Assembly (NCBI GenBank): GCA_051313645.2 | Contig: JBNRSN020000017.1 | Location: 52,824,001-52,888,000 of the forward strand | Direction of reading: 5' to 3' | DNA length: 64,000 nucleotides | Source: Centroscyllium fabricii | Lineage: Eukaryota | Shown here: positions 1 through 12,190 of the stretch, one piece after another | Numbering within the stretch: position 1 is the first letter of the stretch | Layout: every line of letters begins with the position of its first letter | Program-made: the position numbers and the translations under genes | The notes under the pieces: model-generated | Database searches by the model: none | What the model saw: only the letters and a program-made list of their open reading frames with translations | Told to the model about the DNA's origin: nothing

Positions 1-2157
1 ACTGGGGAATGTCACTCAAAGGGTTGACAGTAAATAGGCAATGGCAAATATTCAAAGGCTACATGAATAAACTACAGAAGTTGTTCATCCCAGTGTGACA
101 CAAGAATAAAACAAAAAGGGTAACGCAACCGTGGCTGACGAGAGAAATTAGGGATAGCATAACATCAAAGGAAAGGGCATATAAACTGGCCAAAAAAGCG
201 GTAACCCTGAGGATTGGGAACCGTTTAGGATTCAACAAAGGAGGACAAAAGGATTAATTAAGAAGGGGAAAATAGAATATGAAAGTAAGCTTGCAGGGAA
301 TATAAAAACTGACTGTAAGAGCTTTTATAGATATGCGAAGATAAAAATATTAGTGAAATCAAGTGTAGGTCCCTTACAGTCAGAAGCAGGGGAAGTGATA
401 ATGGGGAACAAAGAAATGGCAGACCAATTAAATGCATATTTTGGTTCTGTCTTAACAAAAGTGGACACAAATAATCTCCCAGAGATATTGGGGAACATAA
501 GGTTTGATGAAAGGGAGGAACTGAAAGAAATCCGTATTTGCAGGGAAATGGTGTTAGGGAAATTGATGGGATTAAAGGCCGATAAATCCCCAGGGCCTGA
601 TAATCTACATCCTAGGGTACTTAAGGAAGTGGCCCTAGAAATAGTGGATGCATTACTGATTATCTTCCAGCAATCGATGGAATCTGTAATTGTACCCATG
701 GATTGGAGAGTGGCTAATGTTACCCCACTATTCAAAAAGGGTGGTAGGGAGAAAGCGGGAAATTACAGACCAGTAAGCCTGACATCGGCAGTGGGGAAGA
801 TGCTGGAGTCCATAATAAAGGATGTAATAGCTGAGCACTTGAAAATCAGTGGCAGGATTGGACAAAGTCAACATGGATTTACAAAAGGTAAATCGTGCTT
901 GACTAATCTGGAATTCTTTGAGGATGTAACTGGGAAAATTGATCAGGGAGAACCAGTAGATGTGGTGTACTTAGACTTTCAGAAGGCGTTCAACAAGGTC
1001 CTGCACAAGAGATTAGCATGTAAAGTTAGGGCACATGGGATTGGGGGTAAGGTATTGACTTGGATTGAGCACTGGTTGGCGGACAGAAAGCAGAGAGTAG
1101 GAGTAAATGGGTCTTTTTCCGAGTGGCAGGCAGTGACTAGTGGGATGCCGCAGGGATCGGTCCTGGGACCCCAGCTATTCACAATATACATTAATGATTT
1201 AGAAAAGGGAACTAAATGTAATGTCTCCAAGTTTGCAGATGATACAAAGCTGGGAGGGCATGTGTGCTGCGAGGAGGATACCACGAAGCTCCAGGATGAT
1301 TTGGACAGGTTAGGTGAGTGGGCTGAGACGTGGCAGATGCAGTATAATGTGGATAAATGCGAGGTTATCCACTTTGGGGGCAAAAACAGAAATGCCGACT
1401 ATTATCTGAATGGCAATAGATTGCGAGAAGGGGAAGTACAACGAGACCTGGGTGTCCTTGTGCACCAGTCACTGAAGGTGAGCATGCAGGTGCAGCAGGC
1501 GGTTAAAAAGGCAAATGGTATGTTGGCCTTCATAGCGAAAGGGTTCGAGTACAGGAACAGTGAGGTCTTGCTGCAGTTGTACAGGGCCTTGATGAGACCA
1601 CACCTTGAGTACTGTGTGCAGTTTTGGTCTCCTTATCTAAGGAAGGACGTTCTTGCCATGGAGGGAGTGCAGAGAAGATTCACCAGGCTGATACCTGGGA
1701 TGGCAGGAATGACGTATGAGGAGAGACTGGGTAGACTGGGTTTGTACTCTCTGGAGTTTAGAAGATTGAGAGGGGATCTCATCGAAACGTATAAAATTCT
1801 AACTGGTCTGGACAAACTTGATGCAGGAAGAATGTTCCCGATGATCGGAGAGTCCAGAACCAGGGGTCATAGTCTAAGGATAAGGGGTAACTCATTTAGG
1901 ACAGAGATGAGGAGGAATTTCTTCACCCAGAGAGTGGTGAACCTGTGGAATTCTTTGCCACAGAGGGCGGTGGAGGCTTGTTCATTGAATATATTCAAGA
2001 AGGAGCTGGATGTATTTCTTAAGGCTAGAGGGATCAAGGGATATGGGGAGAAGGCAGGGACAGGGTACTGAGTTTGGATGATCAGCCATGATCTCATTGA
2101 ATGGCGGAGCAGGCTCGAGGGGCCGAATGGCCTACTCCTGCTCCTATGTTCTATGTA
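1..2157 (+). mobile_element. CR1 LINE (HER1-like), 3' part of ORF2 reverse transcriptase plus 3' UTR; runs off window start
   Basis: ORF 353-2071 has KSPGPD, NYRPVSLTS, YLDFQKAF, PQGSVLGP, FADD and RPHLEYCVQFWSP motifs; ends in CTATGTTCTATGT tail. Confidence 0.95.
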
Positions 2158-3269
2158 ATTCCTTTGTGAGATCAAAAGTCTACTTTTATCATAGTATGAA
2201 ACCCATAGTCAGATGGGAAGAGGTTACACACCATTCAAAGTATGGGTTACATAGGAAAGCTTAAGATGCTTTTAAATTGGCTTGAGAATAATACTTTCAT
2301 TGCTGATTCCTGACGCATGGACATGCGTGCCCTGCAGCAACCCTGATGTAAAAAGTGGATTTTCCCAGCAACCGGTCTCAACAAAACTAGCAAAATTACA
2401 TTGGGATTTCCGTGGATGTGTGACGCCCATGCATTGGGAATGAGCAGCACAAACACACCTCTAAGGCCAGTGCAAAAGCAGCTTTAAAAACTGGAAAAGG
2501 CGATTTAGCCCAACCAGCTTACTGCCTCTTTTTAGTTGACCTCAACCCTACCTTTTCACCATATCCCTCAAGTTCCATCTTTCTCCAGAGACACAGCTGG
2601 CTTTCTTTTGACCCAATTTATATTACAGTGTATTTGCTTCAGTTGCTTCCCCTGAATGAGTTGCATTGGAAAATTTGCTGTGAAATGGAGACCACAACCT
2701 GACAAGATATTAGGGTTGTAAGTTGCCAGAAAAGGATGCCAATTTCATGCAACAGGATTTACAAATTTCTGAAAGCTACTTTTACAGTATTATGAGAGAT
2801 TAAGGGCTCGTCACTCCGATGATTTCTAACCAGGCTTGAGCAGACAAAAGCATTGTTTGCTGTCACTGGGCTGAGTCCTGAGAGGGAAGCCTAGGACTTT
2901 TTACATCTGAGGAAAACAAATTAGTGCTGCTTTACTGATCTGATTATTTTTTTAAAGTTCAAAGTTTTGAAATTGAAAGCAGCATTACAGGTAGGATGAT
3001 TTTTCTTAACGAAAAGCATTTCTCAGCAAGTTTTAGAACTCCCAACAGTTTTGAACCCAAACCCAATAGTTGATTTCAAGTGTAAAGCTATGTTTGAGTA
3101 CCATCAGTTCACTGGGAGCTATAATTCAACCTGCTTCTAATGACATTTCACTCACCTCTGGTTATACCAGATCTTCTTTTATGCCAGCTGAAGCTCCAGT
3201 TTTGGTCAGTAGAAATGTTCAGACCTGAATAGGATGAGCTGTGAGGAAAGAAAAGAAACACGAGCTTTG

Positions 3270-3592
3270 TAGTCTGCTAAGGGGATAATACTTCATTGAA
3301 ATATACAAAATATTGAATGCTATATAGGTACGGCTAACTCAGATTATTACTTCAAAGTAGGCACAGTTAATAAGACCAGACGACACAAGTCAGTGAAAAG
3401 TAAATTTTAAAGTGAATGTTATCAGGAAGAACTTCTTCATTAACGGAGTGATAGATTATTCCAAACACTTATCAGGTAAGGTGGTAGAGGCAAAAACATT
3501 GACATTCAGAATGGTATGATCGGAGAGCTTATGGTACTGGAGTGATAAGTTTGGTGGGCTGAATGAACTTTACTCATCCCTAACTCCTTATG
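3270..3592 (+). mobile_element. Highly decayed CR1 3' fragment
   Basis: Residual similarity to the CR1 C-terminus (ttcattgaaatatacaaaatattg; aggaagaacttcttc) and tail (gggctgaatga...ccttatgtt). Confidence 0.5.
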
Positions 3593-3911
3593 TTAAATTG
3601 TTTGGGGCCCAAAACATTGTTGGGGCCCACCAGTTTGTCGTAACCAGGTTTCATTGCATGGTGTTTCAGGATCTGAGTTAAGATTCATATTTTATTTCAT
3701 TTAGAAATGATAATGCCAGAGCCTAGTCCTTGTGGTATAATGTTGAAATCTGAATCAGAGAATTGTGAGCTTGAATCCAATATTGGACAAACATTTAAAT
3801 TCATCCACCTCGTTGGGAGTGTTTCTCAGCTTCTCGGAGAGGCTGTAGCAGTGCTGCACGACAGTATGGGGCTTGATCTACCTCAAAGGGAAGACAATTA
3901 TCAGGACAATA

Positions 3912-5019
3912 CAGGTTGTGCACCGGTAATCCGTTACCCGATATGCCGGCAGCTTCAGTCTTCTGGAACAAACTGCCCCGACTGCCCCGCGCATGCGCAA
4001 AATGGCCGCCGCGATCGATGCTTCAGTGAATGATCTGCGCATGCGCCGCCGAACGGCGAGCGCATGCGCAGATCATTCAAAATGGCCGCCGGAGGCTGGA
4101 CCGACCTTTGCCACCTCATTTGTTATTTAAATGTTAGGAAGTGTGACGCCATCCACTTCGGCACTGAAAGGGGACGCCTAGATTAAACTCTTTATAATGT
4201 TAAGCTGAAAAAGTAGAGATCCAAATAGACTTAATGGTCCATGTATATATATTTATCAACAAATGGTTATAGACAAGTACAGAAAAGATTCAAAAATGCT
4301 AATTGAAAGGTGATTTGGAAGCTGAAGTGTTGATTTGATTGAAGAATTCATGATATTTAGTGGAATTGATAGTGTCAATACCGAGAAGTTATTTCTGATG
4401 ATATAAGCTGCCGGCATATCGAGGAGTACGGGACACAGCCTCAACATTAGTTCCAAGCCTTTCAGGAGAGACGTTGGTTTGGCAGAAATGTGTATCGCAC
4501 TCAGAAAGTGCAGTTAATGCTGGGTCAGTCGTCCAATTTAAACTCGAGATTGAGAGAGATTAAGGCATCTGGAGCTGCCGAACGGTATGGATCTGCCGCG
4601 GACAGTCACCAGGCTGCAGCTGTCAGCCCGAGTCCGGGCTCCCGTCACAATCCGGCTCGGCGGCAGCAGCAACCCCAAAGGCGATGGCGAGGGAAGGCGG
4701 ACCTACTGGACCCGACCCGCGCCTGCACAACCCTCCTTCCCCCCCCTGCAAGACCGGCCTTTCACTGCTGCCCGACAGCCCTAAAAGCAAAACGGAACGC
4801 CACAAAAGCCTGAGCCTGTCAAAAAACTTCGCGGCGGCCATTATTGCATGATCTGCGCATGCGCTCGCCGGTCGGCAGCCATTTCCAATGTTGTGCGCAT
4901 GCGTGCAGCCATTTTGAATGGTGTGCACATGCGCATTGTCCAACTTCATTCTCCCGGTTTTTTCACTTTCTCGGCATGGGCCTAGTCCCGCCCGTGCCGG
5001 ATTAATGGTGCACAACCTG
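3912..5019. mobile_element. Tigger/pogo-like (Tc1/mariner) MITE shell containing a decayed CR1 fragment (~4105-4570) and GC-rich filler
   Basis: TA|CAGGTTGTGCACCGGTAATCCG ... CCGGATTAATGGTGCACAACCTG|TA terminal inverted repeats with TA target duplication. Confidence 0.75.
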
Positions 5020-5329
5020 TAGCAACATTGATCGTTTCCATAAAGAAGTCCATGGACAGACAGTTTAATCTTCCCCATTGAAATTCCCCCTCTCCAGCTA
5101 AAGAAGGCAATCTGGAGTTGGAGATATTTTTGAGGAATCTACTTTATGTAATGCAAGTGAGGTGCACAAGCCAATTTGTTGCTGTTCAATTTCTTTGAGG
5201 AAGGAAAGCATCTTTTCTGATCTCATTGAATACCGGATAAATGATAGTTTTGGAAAAAGTACACTAGGTTTCTCATCATTAACACTTCGCAACTATGGAC
5301 CAAAATTTGCTGTAGCAGTGGCATCTGCC

Positions 5330-6261
5330 GTTAGTTGTACAGTACTTACCCCTGCACCCTTCAGTGCAAAAAAAAAAATTGCCCATAAAGTTGCTGGAAG
5401 TGCAAGCTGATACCAGTGCAGCGAGGGAAACAGGGCATCTGGGGCCTGAGTGAGCAGGGCAACCAACAGTGCATCTCCTTAACCAATGAGGTTTAAGGAT
5501 CGGGAAATTACCAGAGGAAGGACTGAGAAGGAGGGTGAATTCAAGGTGATAAATTCAATGTCAAATCAGGTACTGAAAAGAAATAAAAAGAGGACAAGAA
5601 AGATTGGAATAAGAGGGAAAAAAAGAGACAAAGGAAAAGTACAAAAAAGTTAAATATAAAATTTGACATTTTTAAAATTCCCCCCAAAAATTCAAAACCT
5701 GAAAGAATGGATCTCCACCCTTGAAATAGTTAATTTTCAGTGCCAGAGAGGTTAATTGACAGGCATTAACACTTAGCAAGTCATTAACACCACTACTTAC
5801 GCTTAAAATAACAAGACTTAACTCTCTGTGGTGCAATTAATGAGCAATACAGCAAGTTGCTAACAAAAAGGGAAAGCTGAGGCTAAGTTAGTTGTACAGT
5901 ACTTACCCCTGCACCCTTCAGTGCAAAAAAAAAAATTGCCCATAAAGTTGCTGGAAGTGCAAGCTGATACCAGTGCAGCGAGGGAAACAGGGCATCTGGG
6001 GCCTGAGTGAGCAGGGCAACCAACAGTGCATCTCCTTAACCAATGAGGTTTAAGGATCGGGAAATTACCAGAGGAAGGACTGAGAAGGAGGGTGAATTCA
6101 AGGTGATAAATTCAATGTCAAATCAGGTACTGAAAAGAAATAAAAAGAGGACAAGAAAGATTGGAATAAGAGGGAAAAAAAGAGACAAAGGAAAAGTACG
6201 AAAAAGTTAAATATAAAATTTGACATTTTTAAAATTCCCCCCAAAAATTCAAAACCTGAAA
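5330..6261 (+). repeat. 375-bp near-perfect direct duplication (5330-5704 and 5887-6261)
   Basis: Offset 557 bp; only one substitution seen by eye (gtacaaaaaag vs gtacgaaaaag). Confidence 0.9.
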
Positions 6262-8030
6262 ACCGGAAAGCTGTGCGTCGAGCCTGAGGAGGTGGGGGAG
6301 GTACTAAATGAATTCTTCTCTTCAGTATTCACAAAAGAGAGGGACGATACCGACATCGAAATCGGACAGAGTGTAGGGGGGGTAATCAAGGATATTACCA
6401 CTACAAGGGAAGAAGTTTTAGAAATCTTGGGAGGCTTAAAGGTGGACAAATCACCAGGGCCGGACGCAATGTTCCCCAGGCTGCTGTTCGAGGCCAGGGA
6501 AGAGCTTGCGGGCCCCCTGTCTCAAATCTTCAGGACCTCTCTCGCGTCAGGGGATGTACCTGAGGACTGGAGAACGGCTAATGTAGTACCCCTGTTTAAA
6601 AAGGGTAGTAGGGACAAACCGGGTAACTATAGGCCAATCAGTCTTACATCTGTAGTAGGGAAAGTAATGGAAAAAATTCTGAGGGACAAAATCAGCTCGC
6701 ATTTGGACAAACAAGGTCTCATAAGGGACAGTCAGCATGGCTTCGTCAAAGGTAAGTCGTGCCTGACTAACCTGTTGGAATTCTTTGAGGAGGTAACAAA
6801 GAGGGTGGATGAAGGGAGTACTGTGGACGTAGTGTATATGGACTTTAGCAAAGCTTTTGATAAAGTCCCACATAGGAGACTAATAACAAAGGTTAGAGCG
6901 CACGGGATTCAGGGCAACTTGGCACAGTGGATCGAAAATTGGCTAGGGGATAGGAGACAGAGGGTAATGGTAGAGGGCTGCTTCTGTGACTGGAAACCAG
7001 TAACCAGTGGTGTCCCCCAGGGATCGGTTTTGGGACCCTTACTGTTTTTAGTATACATCAACGATTTGGATATGGGAGTAGGGGGTATGATCAGCAAATT
7101 CGCTGATGATACGAAAATCGGAAGGGTGGTAAACAACGATGAGGATAGTAAGGGGCTTCAGGAGGATATAGATCTAATGGTTAATTGGGCAGAAAAATGG
7201 CAAATGGAGTTCAACCCAGAGAAATGCGAGGTCATTCAATTCGGTAGACCAAACGGGGTAAGGGAATATACCATGAACAACAAAACGTTAAATAGGACCG
7301 AGGAACAGAGGGACCTAGGGGTACAGGTGCACAGCTCCCTGAAGGTTGCTGGACACGTTAACAAGGTGGTTAAGAAGGCATACGGAATTCTGGCCTTTAT
7401 TAACCAGGGCATAGTATACAAAAGTAGGGAGGTAATGTTAAACTTGTATAATACACTGGTGAGACCCCAGCTGGAGTACTGTGTGCAGTTCTGGTCACCG
7501 CACTTCAGGAAGGACGTGGTTGCCCTGGAAAGGGTGCAGAGAAGGTTTACCAGGATGATACCTGGTCTGGGGGACTTATGCTACGAAGAGAGGCTGGACA
7601 GGCTGGGGTTGTTTGCCCTGGAGAAGAGAAGGTGGAGGGGTGACATGATTGAGGTCTACAAGATCATGAGAGGACACGATAGGGTAGATAAAGGGGCATT
7701 GTTTCCATTGGTGGGAGAGTCAAGTACTAGGGGACATAGATTCAAGATTAGGGGAGGGAGGTTTAGGGGGGAGGTAAGGAGAAATTTCTTTACCCAGAGG
7801 GTGGTGGAAGTCTGGAACTCCCTGCCTGTAAGGGTGGTGGAAACAGAAACCATCGCAACATTTAAAAAATATTTGGACCAGCACATGAAGGACCATAACA
7901 TACAGGGTTATGGGCCAGGTGCGGGCAAATGGGGTTAGTATAGCGAGGAGTTTCCTGGGCCGGTGCGGACTGGATGGGCCGAATGGCCCTTATCCGCACT
8001 GTAAAATTTCTATGATTCTATGATTCTATG
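6262..8030 (+). mobile_element. Young 5'-truncated CR1 LINE (second subfamily) with an uninterrupted RT frame
   Basis: ORF 6220-7938 has CR1 RT motifs (YMDFSKAFDKV, GVPQGSVLGP, FADD, RPQLEYCVQFWSP); (ATTCTATG)n tail at ~8007-8030. Confidence 0.95.
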
Positions 8031-8236
8031 AAGTTGCCGTTTTCACAAAGCTAACGGTGGAGTGGCACAACTCCGACAGCAACATTTGGATATTCACATA
8101 TTTAACCGCGCATCTGTCCCTCGTCTGAAGTTTCTGTACCATTTGCACATCAGTAATGGCGAGTACCATTAGCTTTGCCATTATTTTGACAGCAAATTCT
8201 GGATCAATATTGAGTGCAGAAAGATTCTTCTTCTGA

Positions 8237-8791
8237 GAACATAAGAAATAGGAGCAGGAATAGGCCACTTGGCCCCTCGAGCTTGCTCCGCCATTCAATA
8301 AGATCATGGCCGATCTTGGGCTCAAAGCCACTTCCCTGCCCGCTCCCCATAACCCTTCACTCCCTTATCTTGCAAAAACCTGTCTATCTCCACCTTAACT
8401 ATATTCAATGACCCAGCCTCCACGGCTCTCTGGGCCAGAGAATTTCACAGATTTACGACCCTCTGAGAGAAGAAATTCCACGAGGGGAAACATCCTCTCT
8501 GCATCTACCTTGTCGAGCACCCTCAGTATCTTATATGCTTCAATAAGATCACCTCTCATTCTTCTAAATTCGAATGAGTATAGGCCCAACCTGCTCAACC
8601 TTTCTTCATAAGTCAAACCCCCTCATCTCAGTAATCAACCGTGTGAATCGTCTCTGAACTGCCTCCAATGCACCTATATCCTTCCTTAAATAAGAAGATC
8701 AAAACTGTACGCAGTACTCAAGGTGTGGTCTCACCAATACAGTTGTAGCCTGCACAGTTATAGCAGGACTTCCCTGCTTTTGCACTCCAAC
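8237..8791 (-). mobile_element. CR1 3' fragment with internal deletions
   Basis: ORF 8395-8616 MTYEERLSRLGLYSFEFRRMRGDLIE; CR1 tail on minus strand. Confidence 0.9.
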
Positions 8792-9067
8792 TGTTACTTA
8801 AATCCTATTTTATGAAACAATGCAGGAAGCACCCTGTTTTACCAGTCGGCACATTTTATACTTTGACTACGTGCAAAATGGAAAATTGTTCCATTCTCCA
8901 GCACTGCTAAGGTTTGTTGTTGTAAGCATTGAAAGAATGATCTGGAGTGAAGCAGTCTAAACACTGTACATATGAGTTAGAGTCTACTTGTCTTCAAGTG
9001 CTGCAAAGTATCACAGTGTTTCTTTTCATGTCAAGTTCAAAATCTGTTTATACTCTGATCATATGTT

Positions 9068-9497
9068 ACATGGAAGATAGGAGCAGGAGTAGGCCATTCG
9101 GCCCCTCGAGCCTGCTCCGCCATTCAACGAGATCATCCAAATTCAGTACCCTGTTCTGCTTTCTCCCCATATCCCTTGATCCCTTTAGCCTCAAGAAATA
9201 TATCCAACTCCTCCTTGAATATATTTAATGACTTGGCCTCTGCTGCATTCTGTGGTAGAGAATTTCACAGGTTCACCACTCCCTGATTGAAGAAATTCCT
9301 CCTCATCTCTGTCCTAAATGGCCTTATCCTTCGACTGTGACCCCTGGTTCTGGACTCCCCAGCCATCGGGAACATCCTTCCTGCATCTAGTCTGTCTAGT
9401 CCTGTTAGAATTTTTATAAGTTTCAATGAGATCCCCTCTCATTCTTCTAAACTCTGGTGAATATAAGCCTAATTGACCCAATCTCTCCTCATATGTG
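9068..9497 (-). mobile_element. CR1 3' fragment
   Basis: ORF 9314-9505 LTYEERLGQLGLYSPEFRRMRGDLIETYK plus tail. Confidence 0.9.
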
Positions 9498-10952
9498 AGG
9501 TTCAATCAGATGAATAGTATGAATTTAAAGAAAAATGGAATCGTTTTAGAAAGTTTTTGGTGTTAACTTTTAACAGGGGGCATCTGATTTGGTTATAATG
9601 GGCCATGAATTCATTATTGAGTAGACAATGAGCTCTCATGAATGCAAAAGAATGCTATTAGCCACGCTGTTTGTGATACTCCAGTAATTTACCAATTAAG
9701 TGTTTATGATTTTTATGATGTGAGATGTGCATTTTTCTGCATCCAGTTAAATGTTGAAGACAAGTAAAACAAAAGGTTTCTTTCTTATATTTTCTACATA
9801 TACAGCTGAGTACGCCAATGTGCTGTTCACTTCTTTAATGTCATTTCTGGATTTCTGTTTTTTGTGTTCGTTATTACGTGGGTTTACTATTGTGTAATGG
9901 ATCATGCTGCACCACTTATCAATTTAATTTGCTGTCAACATCACAATTGAAGGTCATTTCAGTTCTGTAATAGTAGCATAACAAATAATGAACTGCAGCA
10001 CAGTTGGCCCAATGAACCATCTCAGTTATGTTGATGTGGTAATTAGTAATTACTGATGTCTGTCTTGTACTAACTTTCATGTACAGTCTAGTGGATGGTG
10101 CCAAATTGAAGCAAGCCCCAAGCAAATTAAATTGGGCATCTTTTCTAGTCCTGAAGAAGATGGGGTGATTTCTGAAAGCTATAGAGCCCTCCTGCATAAA
10201 GTGTAATACGGTATTAGTAACACATTGGGGGAGGTAGAAATTGGTATGCATTTTGCACATTTTCCAGATCTAAAGTGGGCGCTATGAAGTCAAATTCTGC
10301 AGCATGACATTCCATGCTGGAGTGCACCCGGCACCATATTGGTTCTGGCGCTTAATAGGCGTCCCTGTGGCCATCTGAAACTAAGGCAAGCATATTTAAA
10401 TATGTTAATGAGGGCCCTGCACCTGAATTGAGACTCTTTTGTGAAACCGGTGTCTGTGTGCCCCTAAAATGTCACTTCCTTAACCCACCCAGTAAATCAT
10501 GGCTTGAACAGTCGGCAAGTGTCTTGTGTGCTCTGTTATCGATTCTAGTGCTCCTATGAGTTGGTTCCCCAGTAGCTACAGCTTGGGAGGTGGAAGGCTG
10601 CTGAACTTCCCCTGAGGGCACTTGAGATGGCTGTGGTGGGCAACCTTGCGGAGCCCTGGCTGTTGAGGACCCGGCTGCAGATTGCTGAGACTCGCCTTCA
10701 GCCAAGGGCAGTCTGGGCCAGCTGTCTGTCTGGCACCAACAAGCACCCTCCACGCTCTGTGCAAGAAGAGAACGCATGCAAGTAGAGAACGCATGCATGC
10801 TGAGAGGCTCTCAAAGCTGCTAGCCATGCTCTCATTCAGGCTTTGTAAGCCAGGGGAGATGCTGGACCCCAGAGCCAAAGTGGCAGCAGTCTGAACTCCC
10901 ATCAAAGCTGTCAGAGCGCCATGGTTGACTGGTCTTGATGTCGCGTGCAAAG

Positions 10953-11673
10953 ACAGAGGATCAGAGGGACCTTGGTATGTATGTACATAGATCCCTGAAG
11001 GCAGCAGGACAGGTGTATAATTTAGTTAAAAAGGCATATGGGATACTTGCCTTCATTAGCCGAGGCATAGCATATAAGAGCAGGGAGGTTATGATGGAGC
11101 TGTACACAACGCTGGTAAGGCCACAGCTGGAGTACTGTGTGCAGTTTTGGTCGCCACACTGTAGGAAGGATGTGATTGCTTTGGAGAGGGTGCAGAGGAG
11201 ATTCACCAAGACGTTACCTGGGCTGGAGTGCTTCAGCTGTGAAGAAAGACGGGACAGGCTGAGGTTGTTTTCCTTGGAGCAGAGAAGGCTGAGGGGGAAC
11301 CTGATTGAGGTGTACAAAATTATGAGGGGCATAGATAGGGTAGATAGAAAGGAACGTTTTTCCTTAGTAGAGGGGTCAATAACAAAGGGGCATAGTTTCA
11401 AGGTAAGGGGCAGGGGGTTTAGAGGGGATTTGAGGAAGAACTTTTTCACCCAGAGGGAGGTTGGAATCTGGAACTCACTGCCTGAAAGGGTGGTGGAGGT
11501 AGGAACCCTCACAACATTCAAGAAACATTTAGATGAGCACTTGAAATGCCATAGCATACAAGGCTATGGACCAAATGCAGGAAAATGGGATTAGAATAGT
11601 CAGGGCTTGATGGCTGGCGTGGACGCGATGGGCCAAAGGCCCTCTTTCTATGCTGTATAACTCTCTGACTCTA
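10953..11673 (+). mobile_element. CR1 3' fragment
   Basis: ORF 10935-11594 with LVRPQLEYCVQFWSP...IQGYG and CR1 tail. Confidence 0.92.
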
Positions 11674-11832
11674 AGTTGGAGCCGGACTCCTCCATGCTCT
11701 CTGACATTATGCGCAAGCTTGCTGGCAGGTAGGGCAGTGAGTGGACTTTGAAGGTCCATGTGACTTGCCATCAGTCGTATTTACGTATGGTAGGCTCTCA
11801 ATGTCTTCATCTGTGCCCTCTCCCTCTAACAA

Positions 11833-12190
11833 GCTGCTTCCTCACAGCTCTGGAGACCCGGGTTCAAATCCAGCCTCAGGTACTATCTGTGTGGAGTTTG
11901 CACATTCTCCCCGTGTCTGCGTGGGTTTCCTCCGGGTGCTCCGGTTTCCTCCCACAGTCCAAAGATGTGCGGGTTAGGTTGATTGGCCAGGATAAATTGA
12001 CCCTTAGTGTTACGGGGATTAAATATGTGGGGGTTACGGGGATAGGGTGGGATATGTGTCGGTGCAGGCTCGATAGGGATATGGGGAGAGGGCAGGGGCG
12101 GGGTTTGGATGATCAGCCATGATCTCATTGAATGGCGGAGCAGGCTCGAAGGGCCGAATGGCCTACTCCTGCTCCTATCTTCTATGTTTC
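11833..12190 (+). mobile_element. HE1-type V-SINE (tRNA-derived), 5'-truncated
   Basis: B-box-like GGTTCAAATCC, V-domain (tgtgtggagtttgcacattctccccgtg...), 3' tail shared with CR1 at 2070-2157. Confidence 0.9.

Larger units (their letters stand above)
5296..8207. mobile_element. Harbinger-like non-autonomous element split by a CR1 insertion (parts ~5296-5889 and ~8031-8207)
   Basis: Imperfect TIRs TGGACCAAAATTTGCTGT / ACAGCAAATTCTGGATCAA; AAGTT present at both breakpoints (5885-5889 and 8031-8035). Confidence 0.55.

Noticed and set aside
258-2175. Antisense ORFs over CR1 copies (here and at 6249-7901, 10961-11557, 53120-54718)
   Set aside because: Shadow frames of the RT coding sequence, recurring in every copy
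6220-6261. N-terminal extension of the 572-aa ORF as a new start for the RT
   Set aside because: It begins at a TTG in duplicated flank DNA; chance read-through into a 5'-truncated CR1
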